Positions 38,906-50,434 of a stretch of 64,000 nt of DNA are shown here, one piece after another. The number at the start of each line of letters is the position of its first letter. The first letter of the stretch is position 1. The translations under genes were made by a program, and so were the position numbers. This stretch comes from Hypanus sabinus (Eukaryota): the NCBI RefSeq assembly GCF_030144855.1, contig NC_082731.1:21080001-21144000 (forward strand). The letters run 5' to 3'. Below the pieces are notes generated by a model. It searched no databases and was not told the DNA's origin. It saw nothing but the letters and a program-made list of their open reading frames with translations.

Positions 38906-40689
38906 TATCAGTCTGTTTGAGTCTGTAATACTGCAGAGCAGAAATACACACACCTAAGCTAAACCGATCAATCACAACAGGCAACGCCCGGTGATCCATA
39001 TACAAAGACTCAACAGAAAGAGGCGTTCACACGCATTGCAGGAAATTAAATTTTGCTGCGGCGATCCCAGAAATACAGACCCAGTGAGTCAAATTCTTTG
39101 TGACCTGACATTAACAGGGCAGCGCCACGCAAATGTTAAGGAATGCGGGGCTGCGGTCATTTTTTTTTGGAGAAGACTAAACAAATTGCGCTTTCTCATC
39201 GAGGCAGAGCGTTCCAGCAGAATAAATGGGAGGGTAACAAAGCGTGGGTGCAGCATAAGACGTAATAACACTCTTTATCCTTTTCTGCCGTGGACTTCTG
39301 TCAGAATGTAGCGACTCCAGAAATGAACTGAAAAGCAGAAATGAGCAAGAAGCACGGAGCACGGTATTTTGACGTGTTCGTATGCATTCTATACAAGACG
39401 CTTTTCTCTGAATAACTTACAAATTAATTAGGCAGATGGAAATTGTGATTGTTTGTGTATAGGCTGTTGTGACGTGAAGGAGGCCCTGAGTTTCATGTAA
39501 CATCGCGAGGAACAAAGAAGATATATTCCACCAGATGGCAGCAAAAATTAAGTAAATCGCTCACTGGGACTGCTCATTCTTGGGTTTTCCCAGAAGCTTC
39601 CACGGCAACTGGGTGTTCGCAACGTTTCCCTCTTTTAAATTTGTCGTGTGAACCGAATATCAGCAATCTATCCCTATAAGTGATAACATACAAAACACTT
39701 GCATGAGATGGAGTGCTCTTTTTCTGATGAAACTTGGGGAAAACTCCCGAAGATTAACATACATCAAACTGATTTAGATTAAAGATCGATATAAATACGT
39801 ATATATATATATATATATCAGGATGCAAAAAAAAAAAGAGAATATCTGCTTTTGGAGTCTGTTGAGATTAGTCAGCAGCATTCTTAGCGAATTTACATGA
39901 ATTAGTCGCGCACCTATTTTCTGGGGTAGAGACTCAGCAATAAACAAATAAAACCAGATCGAAATCTTGTTTCCTGTGTTTGTTCAGCCGGGTATGATGT
40001 CGTACCATTCCAGTGGATGCTTTCTGCAGCTTTAGATTAATAACTTACAAGTCACAGACTTCGAAAAGGAAGTCTTTGATATTGGGAACAGTGCAAGCGA
40101 GGTAGGGACCTCGGGCTGTTCTGGCTGTCCTTCATCATCGGCTAGAATGCAAGCATTGATTTATTATCATTAAATTTGTGGTAATGTGTGGAGTGTTTGT
40201 TTCTCATTTTAACCATATAACTGTACTGAGCAATACGGAAACATTAACCCTGCAAGAGTAATTGCTCATATGGACAAAGAGGAATCTCATGAGTTCAAGC
40301 TCCACATGCAGCGTTGAAATTTTATTTCTCTTTTATTTATTTTGTCTCCGCGATTATCCGAACAGCCTACAAGTGTTTGCCTTGCAGAAAACAACTACCG
40401 GCGGCGATGATCATCCGGTGTAATTCATTGTTGAATTTTGTGCTGAGTAGGGATAGCAACTCACTATGGTAGCTGTTAAAAGCACATCAGACACTAAAGA
40501 GGGAACGGAGTCTCTAAACGTTATTGGAACTGGTCCTCTGGGTTTTAGGACAGAAGATGTTTCAATAAAGTGGCATATCTGTGAATAATAACCGATAGTT
40601 AATAATAAATTAGTATTCATTGTCATGCAGTCATCGTGACTTACGTTTTTTTAATTTATCTTTATATTCACATGATTAATTTTGGAAAG

Positions 40690-41050
40690 CATATTTGTTC
40701 AGCCATCAGCCCAACTCAGCTCAAATCAGCAATCTCAAAACCTGGGTCTCCTGACCTTCTACTGCTACTGAATCAGAACTCCCAACGGGAGACCAGCATG
40801 TGTACGAATTGGAAATAATACCTCATCCTCTCTGACGATCAAGAGTGCCGCACTTCAACCATACCCAGTTCTCTACCCTTACAACAAGCACGATTATGTG
40901 CATAGGCACAGCTCTAACGTCACGTATACATTTGATGACGGCATAAATAGTGCTTGCATAATTTCAGACAGTGACAAAGAGGTGCACGGCAGCTCTCAGT
41001 AAGAACCTTCTTAGTAATAACAAAAATAATTTTGGAATCAGAATGGATGC
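40690..41050 (+). mobile_element. Rex1/Babar-like LINE RT fragment
   Basis: Similar to 16960-17204 joined to 22325 onward, and uninterrupted across ggcacagctctaac|gtcacgtatacatttgatgac. Confidence 0.65.
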
Positions 41051-41829
41051 TGACACACTAATCCATATCGAGGGAACAGAAGTGGAAAGCATGTGCAGAT
41101 TCGAATGTAGTTGTGGACATCTCTGTGGGCTTGTACTGTGCACAATTACAATACCGGCTGCTGCGTCTGATTACTTGGAACGCAGACTGGAAATTCTGAT
41201 GAACCTCAGGGTTGTCATCCTGCAATGCATGCATCTCTGGAGATAGAGAGGAACCGATTTCATATAATTCGGATAGCCAGCGGCCACAGATATCGGCAGG
41301 CAAGCTGAGATGTCATCGAGATGCATCTCCCATGACCCCATTCGACTGGCTACAACAAATGTACTGGGAATCCCCACCATGTACTGATAGTTTACCCACA
41401 GTGTGACGTCAAGAAATAATAGTTCATATCTCTGCCGATAAACCACACCCAGCGGGTATTCCCATTCTCATTTAATGCCGCAATTATGGCACTGCCATTG
41501 TTAGAAACAGTGAAATATAACTAAATTTAACAGGTCCTTGACCGATTCTTTGCATTGGCGGCCAGTTTTGTACATCATACTTTTTGTTTTACTTTTGCGT
41601 GTTCCGTTTGTGTCCAACTTTTGATATGTTGTTCAGTATGTCTGAAAGTAGAAAAAAAACGACCATAAAACATGGTTTTTTTTTGCGATTTTTGGGCGAG
41701 GGTTATATTGGAGCTACATTGGCAGCATTACAAGGAAGGCAATGCGGCGACTAAATGTCAAAGGAGGCTTGATACGAATCGCTTTGCCAGCTAATGCCGA
41801 CGGGAATTGCAAGAGACGTACCATGGGTA

Positions 41830-42330
41830 CATTTTTAGTTTCTGCATCGGTGTCTAGTCTGGTGGGGCAATTGCACAGGAACACATAACAACAAGTAAAT
41901 ATATGAACATTTTAAAATCAGCCAGCTTCATCATTGACAGTACACTACCTAGCATCCAGGATATCTGCAAATAAAAATAAACGATGCCTCGAATGGCCGT
42001 CATGCATCATTGGGGACTCCTCCAAACTCCCATACCCGAGGACATTTCCACACTGTCAACATTCCAGGAACAGGTACCTCCCTCTGCCATCAGATTTCAG
42101 AATTGTCAACAAGCGCAAAAAACTGCCTTAGTATTTCCCCTACCCACTTTTTGCGTTGGCTTTCAATTGTCTCTATATATACATTTCATATTGTAAACCA
42201 CCACACGTTATGAAATACAAGGTACTGCTAACACGAAACAGCAATCTGCAAGTCAGAATCTCAAGGCCGAATGTGGGTTGTGTGCGTAAATTTCAAAATA
42301 TTTCCTTAAAACTTTGAAAGTTCAGCTCTA
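41830..42330 (+). mobile_element. Rex1/Babar-like LINE 3' fragment
   Basis: Similar to 22690-23140 (tggtggggcaattgcacagga..ctccctctgccatcaga..aagtcagaatctcaag). Confidence 0.55.
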
Positions 42331-42744
42331 CTGTCTGTTATCTCAGGTTTTTGATTGCGGTTGTCGTCCGATTGACGTTAGAACAGAATCTTTGAATCAC
42401 ATTGAATCAGGTTAATTAATCTTTACACACTGGACCGACGATCCATATTACAGAGCTTTTTGTGCTGTGATTTTCTTCACAAGACTGTCACTCTCCAGTA
42501 CAACCTCCACAAGGCGTCAGGATTAACATTGTCACCTGTGTCTCCTCAAAAATAAGCCGTCATCGTACTGGTGTTGTTGCTGTTATTGTTGTGCAATAAC
42601 CAGTGAGTATGAAAAATAGTGAATTAAAAGGTTTCCTAATCATCCAGTAAGAATGGATGGTTGAAATTCCCCTCAGTATCCAATTATAATATTCAACTTA
42701 TCTGATGTTCCAAAATATGAGTTGCATGCATATTCTGAACGTAT

Positions 42745-45700
42745 ACCATATAACTATATAACAATTGCAGCCGGAAGCCGGCCATCTTGGACTTTCTAGT
42801 TAGTGCCTAACGCATAATCATACCAAGTCCCACATAACCTCCGTTCCTTTCCTGTCCATATACCTAACCATTTTTTAATGACAAAATCGGACCTGCCTCT
42901 ACCACTTCTCCTGGAAGCATGTCCCACTCAGCTACCATTCTCTGAATGAAGAGGTTCCCCCTCGTGTTACCCCTAAATTTTTGTCCCTTAACTCTCAGCT
43001 CATGTCCTCTTGTTTGAATGTCCCCGACTCTCAATGGAAAAAGTCTATCCACATCAACTCCATGTATCTCCCTCATAATTTTAAATACCTCTATCAAGTC
43101 CCTCCTTAAAGCTTCTACGCTGCACAGAATAAAGACCTAATTTGTTCAATCTTTCTCTGTATCTTAGGTGGTGAAACCGAGGTAACATTCTCGCAAATCT
43201 CCTCCGTACTCTCTCTGTTTTGTTGACATCTTTCTTATAATTCGGTGTCCAGAACTGTATACAATACAAATTTAGCATCGCCAATGCCTTGTATAATTTT
43301 AACATCACATCTGCACTCCTATACTCTATACTTTGATTTATAAAAGACAGCATAGCAAAAGCTTTTTTTACCCACCCTATGCACATGAGATTCCACCTAC
43401 AGGGAACTACGCACCATTATTCCAAGATCACTCTGTTCTACTGCATTCCTCAATGCCCTACCATGTAGCATGTATGTCCTATTTTGATTAGTCCAATCAA
43501 AATGTAGCGCCTCACACTTATCAGCATTAAACACCATCTGCCATCTTTCAGCCCACTCTTCTAACTGTCCTAAATCTCTCTGCAAGCTTTGAAAACCTAC
43601 TTCATTATACACAACGCCACCTATCTTAGTATCATCTGCATACTTAGAATTCAATTTACCACTCCATCATCCAGATCATTAATGCATATGACAAACAACA
43701 ACTGAAAAACAGTTATTTACCACTACTCTCTTGCGTCTCCCATCCAGCCACTGTTGAATCCATTTTACGACCTCAGAATTAATTCGTAAGGATTGAACCT
43801 TTCTAACTAATCTTCCGTGCGGAACCTTGTCAAAGGCCTTACTGAAGTCCATAAAGACAACATCCACTGATTTACCCTCGTCAACCTTTCTAGTAACCGC
43901 TTCAAAAAGTTCAATAAGATTTGTTAAACATGAGCATCCGCGCAAAATAAATGTTATTTGTTCCTAATTTGACCCTATCTATCCAGATAATTATTTATAT
44001 CATCTTTAAGAATAATTTCCATCAATTTACCCACCACTGACGTCAAATATACAGGCCGATAATTGCTAGGTTTACTTTTAGAACTCGTTTTAAACAATGG
44101 AACCACATGAGCAATACCCCAATCCGGCGGCAACATCCCTGTTTCTAATGACATTTGAAATATTTCTGTCAGAGCCCTTCGTATTTCTACACTAACTTCC
44201 CTCAAGGTCCTTGGGAAATGCTGTCAGGATCCAGAGACTTATCCACTTTTATATTCTTTAAAAGCGGCAGTATTTCCTCTTCTTTAATCATCATAGTTTC
44301 TCTGACCTTTTTCCCATACCTGATACAAGTCAATACCCTTCTCCTCAGTGAATATCAAAGAAAAGAACGTTGATTCTCGAATGGACTAATTTTATCCCTC
44401 ACTATCCTTCTGCTAGTAATTTAACTCTAGAAACCCTTTGGATTTATTGTCACCTTACTTGGCAAAACAACCTCATATCTTCTTTGAGCTTTTCTAATTT
44501 CTTTCTTCGGATTCTTCTTAAATTCTTTATATTCTTCGAGCACATCATTTAATCCATGCTGCCTATATTTATTATAGATCTCCCTCTCTTTTTCCAAACC
44601 AAGTTTCCAACATCCCTTGAAAACCATGTCTCTCCTAAACTTTTAACTTTTCCTCTCAACCTAACAGGAACATGAAGATTCTGTACCCTCAATATTTCAC
44701 CTTAAAATGACCTCCATTTTTCTATTGCATCCTTCCCATAAAACAAGTGCTCCCAATTCACTCCCGCTAATTCCTTTCGCATCTCGTCAAAGCTAGCCTT
44801 TCTCCAATCAAAACTCTCAACCCTGGGTCCTGTCCTATCCTTCTCTATAATTACATTGAAACTAATGGCATTGTGATCACTGGACCCGAAGTTCTCCCCA
44901 AACATACCTCCGGAACAGACCTATCTTATTCTCTAAAAGGAGCTCCAACACTGCCGTTTCTCTAGTTACTACCTCTATGTATTGCTGCAAATAACTCTCC
45001 TGCACACATTTTACGAACTTCAAACCATGCAGCCGTTTTGCAGAATGAACTTCCCAGTCAATGTGTGGAAAATTCAAATCTCCCACAATCACAAACTTCT
45101 GTTTACTACAAATATCTGCTATCTCCTTAAAATTTACTCCTCCAATTATTGCTCTTCATTAGTTGGTCTGTAATATACCCCTATAAGTGTCACTACTCCT
45201 TTCGCATTCCTCAATTCCACCCAAATAGTCTCCCTAGTCGAACACTCTAATCTATCCTGCCAAAGCACCGCTGTAATATTTTCTCCGACAAGCTGTGCAA
45301 CACTTTCCCCTCTTGCTCCACAATTTCTATCACACCTGAACAACGTAATCCAGGAATATTTAGTAGCCAATCACAAACCTCCTGCAACTATGTTTCACTA
45401 ATGGCTGCAGCATCATATTTCCAGGTATCAATCCATGCTCAAAGTCCATCCTCCTTTCTTACAATGCTCTTAGCATTTAACTAGATGTATTAAAGATACC
45501 CTCCACCCCTTTAGTCACTTTTTATCCCTAACGGAGCAAACAACTTTATTATCGTTTTCTTCCTTCTCCCCTACATCTTCGGTCTGAGCGCTCCACTTCT
45601 CTGTCACCTGCATATTCTCCCTAACACTCTGTCTACTAGCTTTCTCTATTTGTGAACTGAACTCATCTCTCCTACTATCTGCTATTTAATTCACACCCCC

Positions 45701-46780
45701 AACCATTCTAGATTAAAATTCTCCCCAGTAGCCTTCGCAAATCTTCCGGACAGGATATTGGTCCCCCTAGGATTCAAGTGCAGCCCGTCTTTTTTGTAAA
45801 GACCACACACGCCCCAAAAGAGGTCCCAATGATCCGGAAACTTAAATCCCTGCCCCCTGCTCCAAACCCTCAGCCATGCACTTGTCCTCCACCTCATTCC
45901 TTTCCTACTCTCACTGTCGCGTGGCACAGGCAGTAATCCAGAGGTTTCTACCTTTGCGGTTCTTCTTCTCAAATTCCGCTCTAAATGCCTATATTCTTCT
46001 TTCAGGACCTCTTCCCACTTCCTTCCTGTGTCATTGGTACCTGAATGCACCACGACCTCACCCTCGTACTTCAGGATATCTTAGACTCGATTAGAAACAT
46101 CCCGACCCTGGCACCAGGGAGGCAAACTACCATTCGGGTCTCCTGACGGCGTCCACAGAACCGCCTATCTGACCCCTAAGCTACCTATTTCCCTATTACT
46201 ACTGCCTTACTCTTCCATTCCCTACCCTTCTGAGCTGCAGGGCAGGACTGTGTGCCGGAGGCACGGCGGCTGTCGTCTCCTCCATGTCGTCTGCTCCTCC
46301 CAACAGTTCTCAGACAGGAGTACTTATTGTTAAGGGGTACAGCAAACACTGGGGTATACTCTAGTACCTGGGTCTTACCCTTCCCTCTCCTAACCGTGAC
46401 TCACCTATCTGCCTCCCGTGGCCCCGGTGTGACCACCTGCGTGAAACTCTCCCTGACCAGACGTAGGTCATCAACCTGCAGCTCCAGTTCCCTAAAACGG
46501 TCCCTTAGCAGCAGGCGCAGATCTGGACGTCCGGGAGGATAGGAGGCTCCAGGACGCCCCATATCCGACACCGAGAAAAACAAGCTGCCCTCACACTTAT
46601 GCTTCCCCGCTTCCTCAAATGACAGGAAAAAAATGAAACATGAACCTACCCTGCTTCGCCTGTTTTCGCCTAAGACCGTAGAGCTGAAGCCTTTATGCTC
46701 TCACGCTGCTCCCGGCTCACTCCGCGGCCCGCAAACGACGTTGCCCGCTGAAAAAGGCGGTGTCCCTTTTAATCTTCCGA
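42745..46780 (-). mobile_element. Near-full-length defective CR1 LINE (ORF1 with SGNH esterase; ORF2 with endonuclease and RT)
   Basis: ORF1 coiled coil RDRFRELELQVDDL and esterase HSGTND..DGLHLNPRG. ORF2 APE motifs IGVYYRP and VGDLNFPHIDW; RT motifs NYRPVYLTS, FMDFSKAFDKVPH and KYADDTK. 3' tail (TTATATRG)n at about 42745. Many disablements. Confidence 0.93.
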
Positions 46781-46879
46781 ACTATATACTGGTCATAACG
46801 ACAAATAATGCACTGCAGCGGCTCAGGAGGCTTGAGTATTGGACTTACATTATATACTAATGAAATTTCTAGAATATAT

Positions 46880-47160
46880 GAGGAACTTTCATCTGGTTGC
46901 ATCTATGACTTGTATGGTGGGACACTGCACAGGAACAAAAAGAAAACAAGCAGACCGCAACATGTTTTAAACTCAGCCAGCTTTACCGTTGCCACAACAC
47001 TCAGAAACATCCAGGAAAAATGCAAAGAACAATACTTCAAAAGGAAGTCATGCCTCATTGAGGACAGTTCCCCAGCGGCCATCACCGAGAGGACATGTCG
47101 TCGCACTTAACGTTTCATGAATAGGTGGTTCCCTTCTGCCGTTAGATTTGCCAGGCGAAG
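46880..47160 (+). mobile_element. Rex1/Babar-like LINE 3' fragment
   Basis: Similar to 22690-22930 and 41830-42090. Confidence 0.5.
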
Positions 47161-48278
47161 ATGTACTGTTGCTTTCAACAACAGGTCCAGTCCAGTGTCT
47201 TCTGACCAAAGCGCAAAATTGTCAAATGAATGACAGAATACAGAAGGGACGATTTTCGGACATATCAGACGACCAGTTATGAAATCTGAAAACACTCATA
47301 AGGTTCTACTAAGATAATAATAACAATCATCATTCATATCCAACTTGTCGATTTCAGTGGATAAGTGCCGTTAGTTCAATCAAAATGCTCCGTACTCTTG
47401 TTCGGTTGAGAAGTATATGTTAAGCTATTTACAGGCTTTTACTATAAATGCATCAAATACCAGTACAATGTTCCAGACAATCAAGACGCATGATCTCAAC
47501 GCTGTTCAGATTAAATGATCTAATTTTTGAGAGCAAGCGCTGTTCATATTGCCAATTATACAGCGCTTTGACATATGGATGTGCTCAAAACAAATATATC
47601 GCGACATTTATCTTAGTTGTATGAAAACGAACGTAAACAGTGGAAAAAAACATGGGATTATGATGCGGAATCACCGCTAGTTCTAACGTTTGGAAACAAA
47701 AATAATTCGGCGAAAACGATTACACAGCGTTGATATGTGAGACAATCTGACGCTGGCGTTTAAATAAGTAAACCACTCGTGTGGTAATAAAAATAAACGA
47801 CATTGAACTCAACGATCCAGCAAAGTGCGAGTAAATCTTTGACTGAAATCAAAAGCCAGGTAATTGCTTCCCAGTGATTTGACTAAACAATGGCTTCTTT
47901 GCATTTTGGAGTATAATGTTGACTGGGAGATGTGCGATTCCTGTGCCAAAGTTTGGTCCCAATCTACGTCAAAGCAAAATTTAAAATGATTTGTGTATCC
48001 GTACTTCTGATTGTGTCAGTTTCCGATGTGAAATATCAATATTCAGAAAAATTCAGTAAAAGAGGAATCACAGAAAATGAAGAGGTTTTAATGACATTTA
48101 CAGCCATCGAAGAGCAAAAACAGTCATTAAAAATGCTAAGTGGATACGTCACGAGAGATAGAAGCTCGCTGTAACATCGTAGGAAATCATTGGATGAAGC
48201 CTTTACTGTTCAGATGGCATCTATGGTCGTCTTGAATTGTTCGCCCTCTATCGAGCTCCTGAGGAAACTGTGAAAGTG

Positions 48279-48316
48279 GGTTTTTGTTCGAGATAATTGA
48301 GTTTTTCAACACCGTG
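48279..48316 (-). other. V4 RSS with a 22-nt spacer
   Basis: CACGGTG (48316-48310), TTGAAAAACTCAATTATCTCGA (22 nt), ACAAAAACC (48287-48279). Confidence 0.95.
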
Positions 48317-48790
48317 TGCTCATCGCGCAGAGGTACGTGGCTGAATCAGAGATTATAGCGTTCTTAATCGAGAGTTCGGTATATTTTTTACTGTCATCAT
48401 AGGATGCAGATAATCGGTTGGTTACATCTTCATTTCTCTTCTCTGTTCCTGTGATGATCCGAATCAAAAACTGCGGTCGTTGTCGGGGGCGCTGCACGTA
48501 CCAGAAAACAGTCGGGTTTGTATACTTTGTATGTATAGTACAGTTTAGGATAATATTATTTTCTTCTTCGATCGTCATTGAATCCAATGGCTGTTCCACT
48601 GAGTCCTGAAGGCTCCAGTCTAACAGTGAAATAAATTATAGATTATAAGCTCTACCTGAAACAAAATGTTTACATAAATAGAAAAGAAAACGTGTTTACA
48701 GAAATTAGCAACGTCCAGAATAACACAGAGAAAGAACATCTTACCCAGAAGAAACACAATAAGCAAGACCGGCGTGAGAGAGTTCTTCAT
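48317..48790 (-). CDS. TRAV: TCR alpha/delta-type V segment V4, apparently intact
   Basis: Leader 48790-48745 (MKNSLTPVLLIVFLL), GT-AG intron, V exon 48619-48317 (DWSLQDSVEQ..LNCT..FWYVQ..SDSATYLCAMS). Confidence 0.94.
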
Positions 48791-48882
48791 AATCACTCTA
48801 TTTCAGTCTCTACAGTACTCCAGTGGCCACAGAGTGGGGACTTATTGCCGGAGTAGAGATACATATAACTTTGCCAAACGGA

Positions 48883-48927
48883 CCAATCACAGCAGGCAAC
48901 GCACCGTGTTAAATCTCGATGACGCAA
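48883..48927 (-). promoter_or_regulatory. V4 promoter block (CCAAT, CACCGTG, TGACGCAA)
   Basis: CCAAT 48883-48887, CACCGTG 48902-48908, CRE/CEBP-like TGACGCAA 48920-48927. All three recur in V5, and the first two in V6. Confidence 0.55.
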
Positions 48928-49047
48928 TGGAAAAAAAAAACAAACAGACGTTCTGACGCAGTGCAGGAAATGAAATTTTGCCAAGGCAATCGTAGAAACG
49001 GTGAGCAAATGTGTCAGATACTTTTATTGCTTATATATTGCTTATAT

Positions 49048-50408
49048 CCCAGTACCAGAGGGCATTCATTGAGAATAAGAGTTCAGTTATTTAAAACAGA
49101 GTTGAGGAAAAACTTCTTCTCCCAGAGAGTTGTAGAGGTGTGGAATACACTGCCTTGGAAGACGGTGGAGGCCAATTCTCTGGATGCTTTCAAGAAGGAG
49201 CTAGATCAGGGGTGGGCAAACTTTTTGACATGTGGGCCCCAAAGGGTTATAAATTTGACAGTGGGGCCGGACCAGGAGCAGATGGACGGAGTGTTTTGCT
49301 AATACACCTCATAAGAGAAAATAAAATATCATGGGATATGTAGAAAACATGTGCTTTAATTTCAATTGAAAATGAACAAATGCATTACAACAAAATATCT
49401 GTCTTTGAAGTCCCACGGTATTTAGCTATTTATTGAAATGACTTTTAAAACACTGAATATTAAATGAATAAAATACAGACTTTTAAAATAGTAACAGTTA
49501 TTATTTTAAAGCACTGAAAATTCTGTTGTCCTTCAAGATATTATCTTCATCACTCTCCTCCTGACTCTCTTTATTTCAAAAACGGTAGGAGATGCAGGTC
49601 TACTTGTCCTGCTCCTTCTTATTCAATTGTCCCCTGTGCCAAAACTCAACAACGACCAGCACAAAGACAGTACAATGACAGCGTGCCAGTATGCGGAGCG
49701 CGTTAATTGATCTGGAGCGCATGTTTTATTTTGAGAACGTATGTGCACCTGCGCACTACTCTTGTCCATCACTTAACAGAAATGACATGTAACAGGTAAG
49801 GCTTATTGAAAAAAATATTTTCAAATGCATTTTTTACATAACACAACAAATAAACTTATTGTTAATTTCAGTAGGAACAGTGTTGTTTGTCTCTCTTTTT
49901 AGCCAGCGCATCAAAGTCTGGATTTAGTTTTGTTGTGGCGATTCTCAGGATGGATCTGAGGTATTGGTCAGTTAACTTGGATCTGTGGCTGGCTTTGTTG
50001 ATGTTCATGACGCTGAACGCCTGTTCACACAAATAGTTCGAGCCGAACAAAGAGTAAAGCGCAAATGTGGAGTAATACGCTGCACCTCAACAAAGGTCAA
50101 TGTATATAGAGTGCGAAATCTATTGGGAAAACGCCAGAATTGCGGGGAAAAAAGTTAACAATGTTTATTAATATAATTTCATCAAGTTCTGCGGGCCGGA
50201 TTAAAAAACTTAACGGGCCGCATATGGCCCGCGGGCCGCAGTTTGCCCATACCTGAGCTAGATAGATATCTGATGGATAGGGGAATCAAGGGATATGGGG
50301 ACAAGGCAGGGACTGGGTATTGATAGTGAATGATCTCAGAATGGCGGTGCAGACTCGAGGGGCCGAATGGACTACTTCTGCACCTATTCTCTATTGTCTA
50401 TTGTCTAT
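49048..50408 (+). mobile_element. CR1 3' fragment inserted upstream of V4, split by the hAT element
   Basis: 49048-49206 and 50256-50408 match the CR1 3' end at 3890-4188, including the TATTGTC tail. The empty site ttgcttatat|aagcac is seen upstream of V6 (about 58311-58326). Confidence 0.92.
49207..50255 (-). mobile_element. Non-autonomous hAT (Charlie-group) DNA transposon, 1049 bp
   Basis: TIRs CAGGGGTGGGCAAAC / GTTTGCCCATACCTG (13/15) and a perfect 8-bp TSD AGCTAGAT (49199-49206, 50256-50263). Transposase C-terminal remnant FGSNYLCEQAFSVMNINK..RSKLTD at 50050-49868. Confidence 0.96.
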
Positions 50409-50416
50409 AAGCACTG

Positions 50417-50434
50417 CAGCGCCTCTCAAAGGCG
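50417..50434 (-). promoter_or_regulatory. Candidate CTCF-like block belonging to V4, displaced by the insertions
   Basis: CCTTTGAGAGGCGCTG, 11/16 match. Identical copies at 54371-54388 (V5) and 58331-58348 (V6). Confidence 0.3.

Noticed and set aside
6295-41411. Perfect CRE sites TGACGTCA (6295, 11954, 41404) as TCR regulatory elements
   Set aside because: Two lie inside LTRs and the third is isolated, far from any V promoter and not shared between cassettes.
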